From NCBI GenBank assembly GCA_965113315.1, contig OZ220370.1: DNA of 64,000 nucleotides; one strand, 5' to 3'. This stretch comes from Podarcis vaucheri (lineage: Eukaryota). The notes below the pieces were generated by a model that was not told the origin of the DNA, made no database searches, and saw only the letters and a list, made by a program, of their open reading frames with translations. This document shows positions 37,901 to 51,024 of the stretch, in pieces. Every line of letters begins with the position of its first letter. The first letter of the stretch is position 1. Position numbers and translations under genes: made by a program.

Positions 37901-37943
37901 TGCAGTTCTCCATCTAAGACTCAGAGTGTCACTGTTGGCCAAT
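37901..37943 (+). promoter_or_regulatory. CSE of exon 7 (CACT variant)
   Basis: TGCAGTTCTCCATCTAAGACTCAGAGTGTCACTGTTGGCCAAT. Confidence 0.8.
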
Positions 37944-38196
37944 ATAGTTCTCATGGAGGAGTGGAGAAGCCACTACCAGATGCTTTTGCAATTTGATTAC
38001 TCATGAACAAACTACAGAGCCGGGAAACAGCAGAACACAGGAACAAAACCACTGCAAGGTATAGAAATCCAGCAGCAGCTACTGACTTCGTTCATGATTC
38101 TTTATTGAACACTTCTACAGAGTGAATGGGATTTAATACTACTCAATTTAACTAATCACAGAAAGAAAGGATAAAGCACATTTCTCTGCAAGAGTG

Positions 38197-40617
38197 ATGG
38201 CCGGCAGACAGAAAGATAGCAGCAGATCCCTAAGAAGGCAAGTACCTCTCCTCTTATTATTCTCTCTGTGTGGTCAGATTGCCTCAGAGCACATTCATTA
38301 TTCCATCCCTGAGGAAATGGAAAAGGGATCCATTGTAGGAAACCTGGCCAAAGACCTGAGCCTGAATAATGGAGAAATAGGAAATTACAATCTGAATATC
38401 CTTTCCCTAGGTAAAAAGCAATACTTTACTCTCAGTACAGAAAATGGGAATTTGTATGTAAGGGAGAGGATTGATAGAGAGGAATTATGTGGTCAAACTG
38501 CAATCTGCTCCATCAATTTTGAAGTGGTGGTTGAGAGTCCTATGAATATTTTTCATATAACTGTAGAGATCCAAGACATTAATGATCATGCACCACGTTT
38601 TGTAAATGGGGATATAAAACTGGAGATAATTGAATCCTCTTTACAAGGCACCACATTTCTCCTTGGACAAGCTGAAGATCCTGATCTTGGGGTGAATTCT
38701 CTCCAGGATTACAACCTTAGCACAAATCCATACTTTATTCTGGAAGTGAGAGAAATAGAAGGCGGAAATAAATATGCAGAATTAGTATTGAATAAACAGT
38801 TGGATCGGGAAAGTGAGAGCAGTTTCCAATTAATCCTTACGGCGCTGGATGGAGGGAAGCCTGCCAAAACTGGAACAGCCAAAATATGGATCACTGTCAT
38901 TGATGCAAATGACAACCCACCAGTCTTCACTCAAAAAGTATACATGGTCAAACTGAAAGAAAATGCCCCCAAAGGGTCTTCAGTGGTCCAGGTGAAAGCC
39001 ACAGATAGAGATGATGGTTCAAATGCCCAGATCAACTATAGTTTTAGTAACATCCCTGAAACTGCTCGTCAGAAATTCCACTTGGGTTCACAAGATGGAA
39101 CAATTATAGTTAAGGAGATTCTGGACTTTGAGGAAACAGAAGGACATGTGATGGCAGTGGAAGCAAGAGATGGAGGTGGATTAGTGGCTCACTGTAAAGT
39201 TCAAATAACACTCCTAGATGAGAATGACAATGCCCCAGAAGTGATTCTGGCCTCTTTATCCAGCCCCATCCCTGAAGACTCTGCAGTAGGAACCCTGGTA
39301 GCCCTTATCAATGTAAATGATAGAGACTCTGGAGACAATGGGAAGATTGCTTGTGACATACAACACACTTTGCCATTCAAAATGGTATCAGCCTCCAATA
39401 ATTATTATAAGCTTCTCACAGATGCCCCCTTGGACAGAGAAAGAACTCCAGAGTACAATATCACAGTCACAGCCACAGACAAAGGCAACCCTCCTCTTTC
39501 CACATACAAAACCATCACACTGCAGATCTCTGACATCAATGACAACTGCCCTGCCTTTGAGAAACCCTATTATACTGCCTATGTCCCGGAGAACAATCCT
39601 TCAGGCTCCTCCATTTTCAGGGTCAAAGCCTCCGACCCAGATGTGGACCAGAATGCTCAAATCACCTACTCCATTTGCAACAGCATCACTGAGGGGCTGC
39701 CTCTCTCGTCCTTCCTCTCCATTAATTCTGAGACTGGCACTATCTATGCTCAGCGCTCCTTTGACTATGAGCAAGTCAGGGAGTTTCAAGTGGAGGTGAG
39801 GGCCGAAGATGGAGGCTCCCCCCGCCTCAGCAGCAATGCCACCGTGAGAGTGTGTATTCTGGACCAGAATGACCAAAGCCCTCAGATTCTTTACCCTTCT
39901 CAAGGAGTAGAGGGCTCCTCCTTGTTTGAGATGGTGCCTCGCTCAGCAGAGGAGGGTTATCTGGTGACCAAGGTGGTGGCTGTGGATGCTGACTCTGGAC
40001 ACAACGCTTGGCTCTCCTACTATCTGCTCCAGGCAACAGAACCTGGGCTGTTCTCAATTGGTTCCCACACTGGGGAGATCAGGACCTCACGGGCTTTTCT
40101 GGAAAGAGATGCTGTGAAGCAGAAGCTCATCATCTTAGTCAAAGATAATGGGCAGCCACCACTATCTGCTACTGTGAGTCTCAACCTGGTGTTTGCTGAG
40201 AACTTCCAGGAGGCACTTCCGGAAATTAGCCACCAGCCCAGTGACTCCGAGTATCAATCGGATCTGCAGTTCTTCTTGGTGCTGGCCTTAGCTTTGATCT
40301 CCTTCTTATTCCTCCTGACAGTAATTCTGGCCATTCTCATGAAGATTCGGCGATCAGGGAACCCCAAATTCCTGCAGTGTTTTGCTCCTGTTCCCCATTC
40401 AAACAACACAGTCATTTTCCCACCAAACTATGAAGAAGGAACATTGCCGTATTCCTATCAGCTGTGCTTATCTTCTGAGTCCAGGGTACAGGAGTTCACC
40501 TTTCCAACACCCAATCTTCAAACTGCAGGGAATGTTTCATGCAACACTCAGTCTGATGCACCTTTGACTGCCAATGGAGGCAATATCCTAATTTCTGAGA
40601 TGGATAGAACTGATATG
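38197..40617 (+). CDS. PCDHGB: Protocadherin gamma-B-like variable exon 7 (clade B2)
   Basis: ORF 38194..40683 (GTG start in the track; ATG at 38197); donor ATG|GTGAGT after 40617 (807 codons). Confidence 0.92.
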
Positions 40618-40849
40618 GTGAGTTTTAATCTGAGCAGTACCTACTTTATTCATTCTTGCTGCTTTGAGCATGGAAATTTTTAAGAATCTTTGTTGCTGAT
40701 TCCATAATCTTTTTTTATACAACTAATATATTTTAATTTATTGTTTTTCAATCTGCCTTTAACCAACTAATTGGTTCAACTTGATTGAATAATCTTTCAA
40801 GTCTGATTGGTTCATAAACTGTTGGAATTGGTTCTTTTAATGATTTTTT

Positions 40850-40850
<1 letters not shown>

Positions 40851-40882
<32 letters not shown>

Positions 40883-40887
40883 GATAG

Positions 40888-40931
<44 letters not shown>
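40851..40931. repeat. (GATA)n microsatellite, insertion site of Penelope-like element
   Basis: Read directly; TAGATAGATGAT resumes at ~41607. Confidence 0.95.
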
Positions 40932-40932
40932 G

Positions 40933-41606
40933 ATGCAGGTTTTGGTGTCTTCGGGTGTCTTCCCGTGTAAGAGTCGGGGTGTCTGTGCGACGTTTCGACG
41001 AGGTCTCACTCGTCATCTTCAGGCTGGTGCTTTCGGCTTCTTGTCACTGGAACAGAGCAGAATCTGGTGTTTGAGTTCCTATAAATACTGTTACCCCCTG
41101 CAACCCCTACACAGATCTGGCTGGCACAAGGCACAAAACCACAGCTCGCCCCTATACACGAAGCCAAGCCAGAGCACAACTAAATGCAGCACAGCCATCT
41201 TCTCAGAAAAACTCTTCACAAGCTCAAGAGGTCAAGACACAAAAGCTTTAGCAACTAATCTACACTTAATGACCCACCCAGTGGTATTCAGAATATCACT
41301 CATGAAATCACTCAAGATATCCCTCAAGTAATTAAGAAACAAAAGAAGAAAAGGCACACTAATCTAGGAACTTCCTCTCTGCCCAGAACGTTGGAGGCTA
41401 TACACCACACCCCTCAACAGTATTTATAGGAACTCAAACACCAGATTCTGCTCTGTTCCAGTGACAAGAAGCCGAAAGCACCAGCCTGAAGATGACGAGT
41501 GAGACCTCGTCGAAACGTCGCACAGACACCCCGACTCTTACACGGGAAGACACCCGAAGACACCAAAACCTGCATTCCTGTACCCGTGAAAATCTACGAA
41601 AGCAAA
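40933..41606. mobile_element. Penelope-like element remnant with 160-bp inverted terminal repeats
   Basis: 40933-41092 is the reverse complement of 41416-41575; the arms contain a PLE-type minimal hammerhead. Confidence 0.75.
41478..41528 (+). ncRNA. Minimal hammerhead ribozyme motif (antisense copy at ~40980-41030)
   Basis: CUGAAGA(41486-92)-U-GACGAG/ugagac/CUCGUC-GAAA-C-GUC(41519). Confidence 0.65.
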
Positions 41607-43254
41607 TAGATAGATGATATAGATATATATTTTCATTTTACTGGAAAATATCTATGTGTTTTCTGTGTTTGTGTGTTTATGAAAATGTGTTGAGTGGAGG
41701 AGACATTTTCCAGGAGAAATCAGGCCAAGGTGTTTTCCTGTGGTTCTTTGGGGCAAAATAAAATGAAAGGGGCTTTGGTAATCTTAAAATTATGAACATG
41801 TGGGGCCTTAGAATGAAATCGCTAATTGGATGTTATGAAAGAGAAAACACCTGGTATATTTCTCCCATAGTATCAGTAATTTCCAGAGAGTACTTCAAGT
41901 ATTTAGAACATGTTCACATACATTATCTTAGTCTGTAGTCTGAAATGTATTTAGTTTTAAACATTTTTATCTGCCTTTCAACTGCAAGAGCAAGCCTGTC
42001 AAGTGTGGTCCCAAGTTTTGTCAGAGGCTGCAAGTCAGAGTTCTAAAGCTGCCTAGAAAATTTGTAACTGAAGAACTAGGAATCTCACAGCTCACACTTC
42101 AGCCCCAGTATGAATTCTAGTGTGTCTTAATTTGGATAGCCATTGGCAAAACCAATTTAGAAAGGACAGGAAAGAATAATTTAAATTAAGAAAAATGTAA
42201 AAGTAAAGTAGAGCTACCAACACAAAGGTATATACATCCCATGTCCAGAGAGAACACAATAGTGCAAAACTATTTGCTATTTTGAAAAGCCTCTGCCTGG
42301 TTATTTTATTTATGATTTATGGCTATGCCCTCAAAGCAGCTTGCAATTTAAAAGTCTAAAAATGTTGTTGATGGTGATGATAGTACTTAAATAACGAAGT
42401 ATAGCAAAAGCAGAACCACTGCCGTTTCACCTGTCCTTAATGGTCTTAATAGCTTCTGACATCAGACAATAACATCCACATCCTATATGCAGTATCCGCA
42501 CATTACAAATGAACAAAATGAAAGTGAACAAAATAGATGAATACATGGAAGTTTGTCATATAAAATCTTGACTACAGATTACAGAAACTGAAAGAAACCA
42601 AAAACCTTCAATGCGGTAAAACAGTATAATAATTCTCTTTTCTAAGCAATGGCTTCATTTCTTCCTGAAATTAGTTTGAGTCTTATACTTTTTGCAGTGG
42701 CTCCTCTCTTGGAACTGTGGATCCCAGAATAAAAGTGCAAGACACATAAATAGGATAAACTAAAGCCACAACATTGTTAGCGACTGATCTGTGTCTTCTG
42801 TCCCTACTTAGTTGTCTTACCTTCTGCACCTCCAGTGAGGAGTTCTCTTCCACTTAGATGAGACTTTAAGAAACTATCTCCTGCTGCCTCCCTTTGACCT
42901 GAAGAGCAAGAGTATAATATGTGTTCTTGGCTTTTTATTGCCCTTATATATTAATATTTTGTTGTTAGTGTCGCCCACCTCTAGGCCAGACAGCAGGCTA
43001 GCACATGCAACCAGGCCTCAAGATACTCTCAGTCCCAGATCTCCTTTAATCAGTGACCCTTCAATGAATGGTTTGGGGAAACGTCTTTTCACTACCTTGA
43101 TTTCTCAGTGTGTTCACCAGCCTACTCTCTGCACTCTGCCCTGATCTTGCCTGTTCTACCACCTAGTTAGGACCTAAGTACCTTGACAAAGCCAGATTGT
43201 TAACTTGCCACTCCCAACTTGGCAGTAGTTAAAAATTGTCCTGTCAGAGAGCCT

Positions 43255-43257
<3 letters not shown>

Positions 43258-43312
<55 letters not shown>
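43258..43312. repeat. (TAA)n microsatellite
   Basis: Read directly from sequence. Confidence 0.95.
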
Positions 43313-43918
43313 TCTACATAGCCCCAGCAGGGACCAATCATGCCTGTAATATCTTCAGAAAGAGTGGGAGAGCACAAGTGCTGCCAGCTGCATAGGGATT
43401 CCCTTCATTGGCTGGGATGGGACATCTTTGGAGTCCTTTTGGAGATTTCTTCTCCCTCGCTCATCAAGCCTTTCTCCTAAGGAAGGAGTGGGAAAGTTCT
43501 GCAAGAGATCTGTGGTTGGGGGGAAATTGTTTTTATGTTTTGACATTATCATGGAAATATAGTAAACTTCCCAAGATTTGTTTTAAGTGGAAACAGGAGA
43601 TTATATATATATAACCTGAGATGACAACGTTGAGACTGTTGAGATTCTGGCGCTCAGGATTGTAACTTTGATAATATTATTTCCAAGATACCAAGAAAAG
43701 AATCCTTTGCTACATTGCAAGCCATTTACCCAGGCAAATAGAAAGGTTTGAAGTGTTATTGATTCCAAAACAAAGATTCCCAAATATTCAGCTCAAGTCA
43801 AAATTCAGTAGAAATAGCTCCTGTGTAAACTTCAAGTTGCATGTTTTTCCTACTGTATAAAACTTTAATTATATCCACGTTGCATTGTCTCTTAAATTGA
43901 AAGGTTGAAAACATCCCT

Positions 43919-43961
43919 TGCAGTTCTCCTGCTGAACCTCACAGTGCCGCTGTTGGCCAAT
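43919..43961 (+). promoter_or_regulatory. CSE of exon 8 (CGCT)
   Basis: TGCAGTTCTCCTGCTGAACCTCACAGTGCCGCTGTTGGCCAAT. Confidence 0.85.
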
Positions 43962-44196
43962 CTAGTAGCCATACAGTGATGGAAATCCACTGATCCTTTC
44001 TACAGTGAGCTTACTTCTTTAGTGCTGTGCAGATCAGGGAACAGAGAGAAGGCATTGCTGCTCACATAAAGAAAATACAAAAATGATTTTTACAAATTAA
44101 AGAGAAAGACGGTTTATTCTTTTTTATGGAGACTTACTGGTGAAAATTTGATCTGGTTCTTAAAAAAAGGAAACAGCTGATTTTTCACAGAGCCAA

Positions 44197-46617
44197 ATGG
44201 AGAGAAGACACAAGAAGAATGGCAGGGCACTCACAAGGCAAGTACAGCTTCTCTTAATATTCTTGCCCTCCTGCTGGGCTGCTTCAGAGCAGATTCATTA
44301 TTCAGTTCCTGAGGAAATGGCTAAGGGTTCAGTTGTGGGGAATATTGCCAAGGATTTGGGACTAAATGCCAAAGAACTAGGGAAACGCAACATGCATGCT
44401 GTCTCAGTGGATGAAATGAAATATTTCACTATGAATGCAGAGAATGGAAACCTCTATGTAAATGACAGGATAGACCGGGAGGGAATATGTGGCAAAAATC
44501 CGCTTTGCTTTATTAATTTTGAGATGGTAATTGAAAGCCCCTTGAATATTTTCCACATAACAATAGCAATCCAGGACATTAATGATAATGCACCACAGTT
44601 TTTCAATGGAAAAATCAACTTGGAGACAAGTGAATTTACTGTACCAGGCACACGATTTCTCCTCGGAGAAGCTGAAGATCCGGACATTGGGACAAATTCT
44701 CTTCAGAATTACCATCTCAGCCCCAATCCATATTTCAGCCTTGATGTTAAAGAGAGTCAGGATGGAAATAAATTTGCAGACTTGGTGCTTCAGAAACCAC
44801 TAGATCGGGAAAGTGAACAGACCATTCACTTGATCCTCACAGCCTTGGATGGGGGTGAACCTAGGAAGACTGGAACTGCCCAGATATGGATTAATGTCAC
44901 AGATGCCAATGACAACCCACCTATCTTCACCCAAGAGGTTTACAAGGTCAGTCTGAAGGAAAATGCTACTGTTGGCTCCCTTGTGCTCCAGATTTTAGCC
45001 TCTGATAAAGATGAAGGTACAAATGCCAAAATCAGTTACCATTTCAGCAACATCCAAAAAAGTGCTCAGGGGAAATTCAACTTGCATTCTAGTAATGGCA
45101 CAATCACTCTTATGAGCCCATTAGACTTTGAGGAAACCAGAGAATATACTATGACAGTTGCGGCAAAAGATGGAGGTGGATTAGTAACACACTGTAAAGT
45201 AGAAATACAGATTATTGATGAGAATGACAATTTCCCAGAGGTAACTCTGGTTTCCTTATTTAGTCCAGTCCCAGAAGATTCTGTGTCTGAAACCTTAATT
45301 GCTCTGATCAATGTAAAAGACAAAGACACTGGTGAGAATGGAAAGGTTAGTTGTTATTTGAAAAACGATCAGCCCTTCAAGATTGTTCCCTCGTCTAACA
45401 ATTACTTCAAACTCCTGACAGACAGCCCTTTGGACAGAGAAAAAACTCCTGCATATAATATTACAATCACAGCCACTGACAATGGAACTCCCCCACTGAA
45501 CACCCATAAAGTCATCTTACTACAAATATCTGATATCAATGATAATGCCCCTTCCTTTGAGAAATCTTTGTATGCTATCTATGTGCCTGAAAACAATCCT
45601 TCAGGTGCCTCCATTTTCACCATCAAAGCCTCTGATCCTGATATGGACCAGAACTCACGGATCACATACTCCATCCTCAACAGCAACATCGAGGAGCTTC
45701 CCATCTCCTCCTATATCTCCATTAATTCTGAGACTGGCACCATCTATGCCCAGAGAGCCTTTGACTATGAACAATTCAGAGAGTTCCGGCTGCAAGTGAA
45801 GGCCCAAGATGGGGGTTCTCCCCCTCTCAGCAGCAATGTGACCGTCAGGGTCTTTGTTCTTGACAGGAATGATAACAGCCCTCGTATCCTGTCCCCCTCA
45901 CAAGAAGCCAAGGGCTCAGCCTTGTTTGAGATGGTGCCTCGTTCGGCCGAGGCAGATTATCTTGTCACCAAGGTGGTGGCCGTGGATGCAGATTCTGGAC
46001 ACAACGCCTGGCTCTCCTACCACCTGACTCAGGCCACTGAGCCGGCACTCTTCACGGTTGGTTCTCATACTGGAGAGATCAGGACCGCCAGGGCCTTTGA
46101 GGAGAGAGACGCTGTGAAACAGAGACTGGTCATTCTGGTGAAGGATAACGGGCAGCCGTCTCTCTCGGCCACCATGACTCTGAACCTGGTGTTTGCTGAG
46201 AACTTTCAGGAGGCCCTTCCGGAAATGAAGAGCCAACCCAGCAGCTCGGAGTATCAGTCTGACCTGCAGTTCTACTTGGTGCTGGCCTTAGCTGTGATCT
46301 CCTTCTTGTTCCTCTTGACTGTCATTCTGGCCGTTACAATGAAGCTCCGTCAATCAGGGCATCCCAGGTTCCTACAGTGCTTTGGTCCTGTTCCCCATTC
46401 CAAGAATGGTGCCATCTTCCCACCCAACTTTGAAGATGGGACTTTGCCCTATTCCTACCAGCTGTGTCTGTCTTCTGAGACCAGGAAGAATGAGTTTGCC
46501 TTCCTGACACCCAATGTTCAGATGGTAGACAATATTGTTAGCAGTGAGAAACCTAGTGTTCCTTTTACAGGCAATGAAGGAAACAATTTACATCCTGAGA
46601 TGGAGAATATTGACAAG
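44197..46617 (+). CDS. PCDHGB: Protocadherin gamma-B-like variable exon 8 (clade B1)
   Basis: ORF 44197..46701; donor AAG|GTAAAA after 46617 (807 codons). Confidence 0.91.
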
Positions 46618-48189
46618 GTAAAAATTATTTTCATTGCACATCTCATAAACATTTTTATTGTATTGTGCATATTTATGCATATATGGGCCCCTCTGACTTA
46701 AGTGGGCCTTTTTGCAGTCACTTACTGAGATTTCAGTCTGACATATCTGTGACTCAAGTCTCATCTGTCAGCAATTATGGACACTTTCCTGAAAAATAGG
46801 CACACCTAACACTGTGTTATGTCTCTTTTATATCATGATAACTTACCACTTACCTTGTGGCTTTCAACTTTTCACTAGCCTTCACCTTTTTTGTTAGTAA
46901 AGTGCAATGTGTCTCAAGTAGTTATGAAATTCTGTAGTTTGGCAAATTCTTTTTAATAAGAGAAAAACTCATGTGTTGCATTTTCCCCCTTTAAGATGTG
47001 ATCAGTGATTTTCAGGTTTCTTCTGTACTCCGTGTTTCAATCTCTGATTTAGAGTTCTTTATTCCTTTCTGTAGAAAGACAATGACTGTTCTCCTTTCTA
47101 AAACCCACAAGCTTAAATAGTGTTGTTTCCCCCTTCCAGCCTATTATTAAGCCTCCTCTACTTCCTCTCTCTCCATCCTCACTGCTTTCCAGAACTTTGA
47201 AGTTGTGTCACTCACAGCCCTGATATTACAGTACTTCTCTCCTACTTTGCTGTTTTGTGTTCCTTCCTCGCTATGGTAAAGGTTACCAACTGCTTTTCTC
47301 AGTAGACTGCTGAGACTCCCAGTAATAAAGCTGTTGGTAACCTTGCTGGCTATACAGTGGTGAGGGTATAGCCAACAGTCCCAGCACCAGGCCACATTTA
47401 ACTGTTGCCACGAACAATCCAATTATTTTTTAAAAAATGTTGACAATGTGTAAACCAAGAAAATCTTTAATAAAAATACATTTTAAAAAAAATGTTGACA
47501 GTGACCCATTTGCAATATCTCAGTGAACCATTTGTAATATTAAACCTCCATCTGGAAGCACCCCAAGGCTCCAATTCTGTACATACCCTCCCAGGAGTAA
47601 GTCCCTCGGGTTAACTCCAGGTAAACATTCATTTGGATCATGCTGTTAATGATGTTAAAACTATGAAGAGGACACATAAAATGGCCTTTGAACGATTGTT
47701 CTAACTATAGATGTTAAAATGGAACAGTCCAGGTTGCAATACAATTCAACATGTTAATATTCCCTTCTAGTCAAAGAAAGCTACAATGCATGCTTTCTCA
47801 GATGCATGCGCTAAACTCCCTTAGGCTGTAAACCTTTTGCTTATCAATATTTTTATGCTTAGAGACTTTTTGCAGATGTCCTCCAGCACTCATTGGTGAA
47901 ACTGATGTCTTGTGTTATACTATTTACGAACAATTTGCAAACATTCTTAAGTTTTGTGGTTAGATGGATATGATTCAGAATCAGATGCCTTTAGAGCTCA
48001 TGCATTCAGAAGACATTCATACGTCCCTCCCTTGGTGCATTAGACTAGAAAGGACAAATGAAGGGTGAAATAAATCGCAGTTCCTCTCTTGCTGCTTCCT
48101 TTATCATGTGATGCCACCTGGAGACCAACGCATAGATGAGAGTGCTTTGACGAAGCATGTGATCTGCATAGAATTGTTGTTGATTCACC

Positions 48190-48660
48190 ATCAGGGTACA
48201 TGGTACTCTACAGAGGTGCCCAATATCTGCGAAACCACTTTCTTCCATATCAGTCTGCCCATGCTTTAGCAGATGAGGCCCTCTTGGTGGTCTCTAAACA
48301 GGATGGTGCAAGGCCCAGGGGAGGGCAGTGTCAGTGGTGGCTCCTCACATGTGAAACTCCCTCCCTTCTAAGGTGCATCTAGTCCCATATCTATATAATT
48401 TTAGGTGGCTAGTTAAGGCAAACTTTTTTCAGGTGATGTTTGGAGAAGGAGAGACTTGATTAGGAAAAAAAAGTGTTTAGTTTGCTGTTGCTGTTGCTAT
48501 TAGGAAATTGCTACTTAGTTGAATTGTTATGAGTTGCCATGTTTTCCATTTAAAAATTTGTACTAGTCTATGGATTTTATATATTGATTTTATTTGATCT
48601 GATTGTAAACCTGTGGCTTGAAGAGTAGTGTATAAATTAAGTAGATAAATAAGCAAGAAA
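48190..48660 (+). mobile_element. Degenerate L2 LINE 3' end
   Basis: CCCAATATCTGCGAAACCACTTTCTTCCATATCAGTCTGCCCATGC..GAGGCCCTCTTGGTGG..GTGGTGGCTCCTCACATGTGAAACTCCCTCCC; AT-rich tail. Confidence 0.5.
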
Positions 48661-49513
48661 TAGACAAATCTCTTCCTCCAAGGAGCAAGTTGTCTGACGC
48701 GCACAAGGGGTGGGGAATGGAATGATTAAAGATGAATGGTAATAAACACATTTTTATATGTGCTTAATTACCATGTTACTCTATCAAACTTTTGAATCCA
48801 CGAATATGTATCCATGCATAGTTTCTGGAGCCTGGAAAATAAGTGCCTTAAAATGTGAATTATAACAAAATTCTGTACCTGTCATCTTGTATATTCATAT
48901 AATTTTATCATTTATATTCACACTTCTGTGATCACACATATGCAAGTTTCAACATTGTACTGAGCTGTTCATTTCTGGAGTGATCCAGCTTTCTGTTTGT
49001 TCAAACTGAAGGTAGGACATAGAGGCTTCCATGGATCTTTGCCAGGAGCAATATTATCTGGGGACCACATCTGTATGAGGACAGCACTATGGGCATGTCA
49101 AGTGTCAAGATGCATGGTGTGGTTAAAGGAGTGTCTTTTCTAGAGCATTCAACACTGCAAACACCATCTGGCACAGACACTCGGAATGCTTACTGACAGT
49201 CAGTTTGCCTGGGCCAGGAAGAGCAGCCTGCAAGGATAGAGTGACTGATGAATGAGATGGGCGGGCAAGGTGGGTCTCCAAAGCTCATACAAAAACAAGT
49301 TTTGTATATGTAGAGGTCTCAGACTGTGAATCCAACTAGAATCCAATTCTCATGGCACACTCACTCCCATGAATCAGGTGGCAATGGTTATGATCTGGTG
49401 CTGCGGTCTTTCTACTGCTTTCAGTATTTTAAATGAAGTTACATAACTATTCAGCGATGTTCCTAGAACTGTGCAGCTAGAATATAAATGTTAATAGTAT
49501 TGCAGTATTGTCA

Positions 49514-49641
49514 GCCTGGATAGCTCAGTTGGTTAGAGTATGATGCTGATGATGCCAAAGCTGCAGGTTCTATTCCTTTATGGGACAGCTGCATATTCCT
49601 GCATTGCAGGGGATTGGACTAGATGATTCTATGATTCTATG
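49514..49641 (+). mobile_element. tRNA(Ile-like)-headed SINE with CR1-type tail
   Basis: GGATAGCTCAGTTGGTTAGAGTATGATGCTGATGATGCCAAAG..GGTTCTATTCC...CCTGCATTGCAGGGGATTGGACTAGATGATTCTATGATTCTATG. Confidence 0.7.
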
Positions 49642-50706
49642 TCACAACAGTATTTGAGGATACATTGACAAACAGTTCAAACTTTGGCCAAACTGTTATT
49701 TAGCACTCATGCATGCCATTATGTATTCACCTTAAACCCAGGCCAACATTTTAGTGACAAATGATGACAAAGTTAACTCTTTTTAAAGGTCTTTGTTTTA
49801 TTCCTCTCTCTGTATTTGGTACCCTGTAAGTGGCATGCATAAAATGAATTAGAAAAATAACCACCAGTGCGGTTTTACAAGTGTTTGTCCAAGCGTTTAG
49901 AGAAGAGTTTGGAGTAAGTAGCAAGGACTTTTTTAGTCCTCTGTTGTAAGTGGTCCCAGGGGACCTGGGATTCTGCAGACCTTCGCCTTTGAGCAGAGGA
50001 GGCTATCTAACAGCAGAGAGGAAGCTCCACTGGAGAGGCCCTTCCTTGACCAGTGACAGAACACTCTGTTGCCATGGCTGTATTGCAGGCAGTGCTCTAT
50101 GGGTGGAAGAGGCAAGAAGGGGGTGCTCCAGGGAGGCTTTAGATTCCCTTGTTTCCCAGACCTACTCAAGGATGGAATAGGTGGGAAACTACACCAGCCC
50201 TGGTGGAACCATATTTTTTTTACAAGAAAGAAAATGGGGAAAGTAGAAAAGCCAGCTCCTATCTTGTGCCCTATTCATCACTTGGTTCCTCTGCTACAAT
50301 TATCTCTGCCATCCATGCTGCCTGTCCAACCTCCATAGGATTGCTCTGTTAGTTGCTCACCTTTTCATTAAAAATAGTAATATCGCTGAATTTTATTAAA
50401 TGTATTGTTTTACAGAGGAGAGCTGGACATAGAAGTTGCATTAATTGGCTACAAAATGTTGTTGAGTGATAACAATCTCTTCCATCAGTTATCTGTGGAA
50501 GTACAGAGGGAAGATGGAAAAGTTGAGGGATGGGGAGGTTGTTGCATCTCTAAAGCACTTGAAATATATTTCCATTTCCTGCTACTGTAAAAGCAAAACA
50601 CCAGAAAGTAGTTACAAATCAAGAAAACCTTCTCATACTGCATTTGAAAATAGATTGCTCTTGTATTCTACATCCAAGCACTAGAAGAAGGGGGGGAAGC
50701 AGCACA

Positions 50707-50749
50707 TGAAGTTCTCCATCTCAGACTCAGAGTGTCGCTGTTGGCTAAT
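50707..50749 (+). promoter_or_regulatory. CSE of exon 9 (CGCT)
   Basis: TGAAGTTCTCCATCTCAGACTCAGAGTGTCGCTGTTGGCTAAT. Confidence 0.85.
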
Positions 50750-51024
50750 GTGCTGCATCTCATGGTGCTGCATGGAATCTGCTAAGCGATGCTTCCTGCA
50801 GTGCCATTGTTCAGCCACAGACTGCAGAACTGGGAGATAGTAGAACACAGGGACGTTAAAACACTTTTGCTAAGGAAATAAAACCCACTGCAACATATAG
50901 AAAGGGACAGTGACTGCTTTTATACTTCCTTGTTGTGGATTTGTGGGTCTTGATGGGAACTTGAGAATCTCCATCTAATGAAAATATGCAAGAAAAGAAT
51001 AAAGCAATTGTCTCACCAAATCAG

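Noticed and set aside
9840-46236. Recurrent identical antisense and alternate-frame ORFs (e.g. [10 protein letters not shown]... x4, MRTAQVLL... x3)
   Set aside because: They are shadows of the homogenised Pcdh coding tracts and have no independent coding signal.
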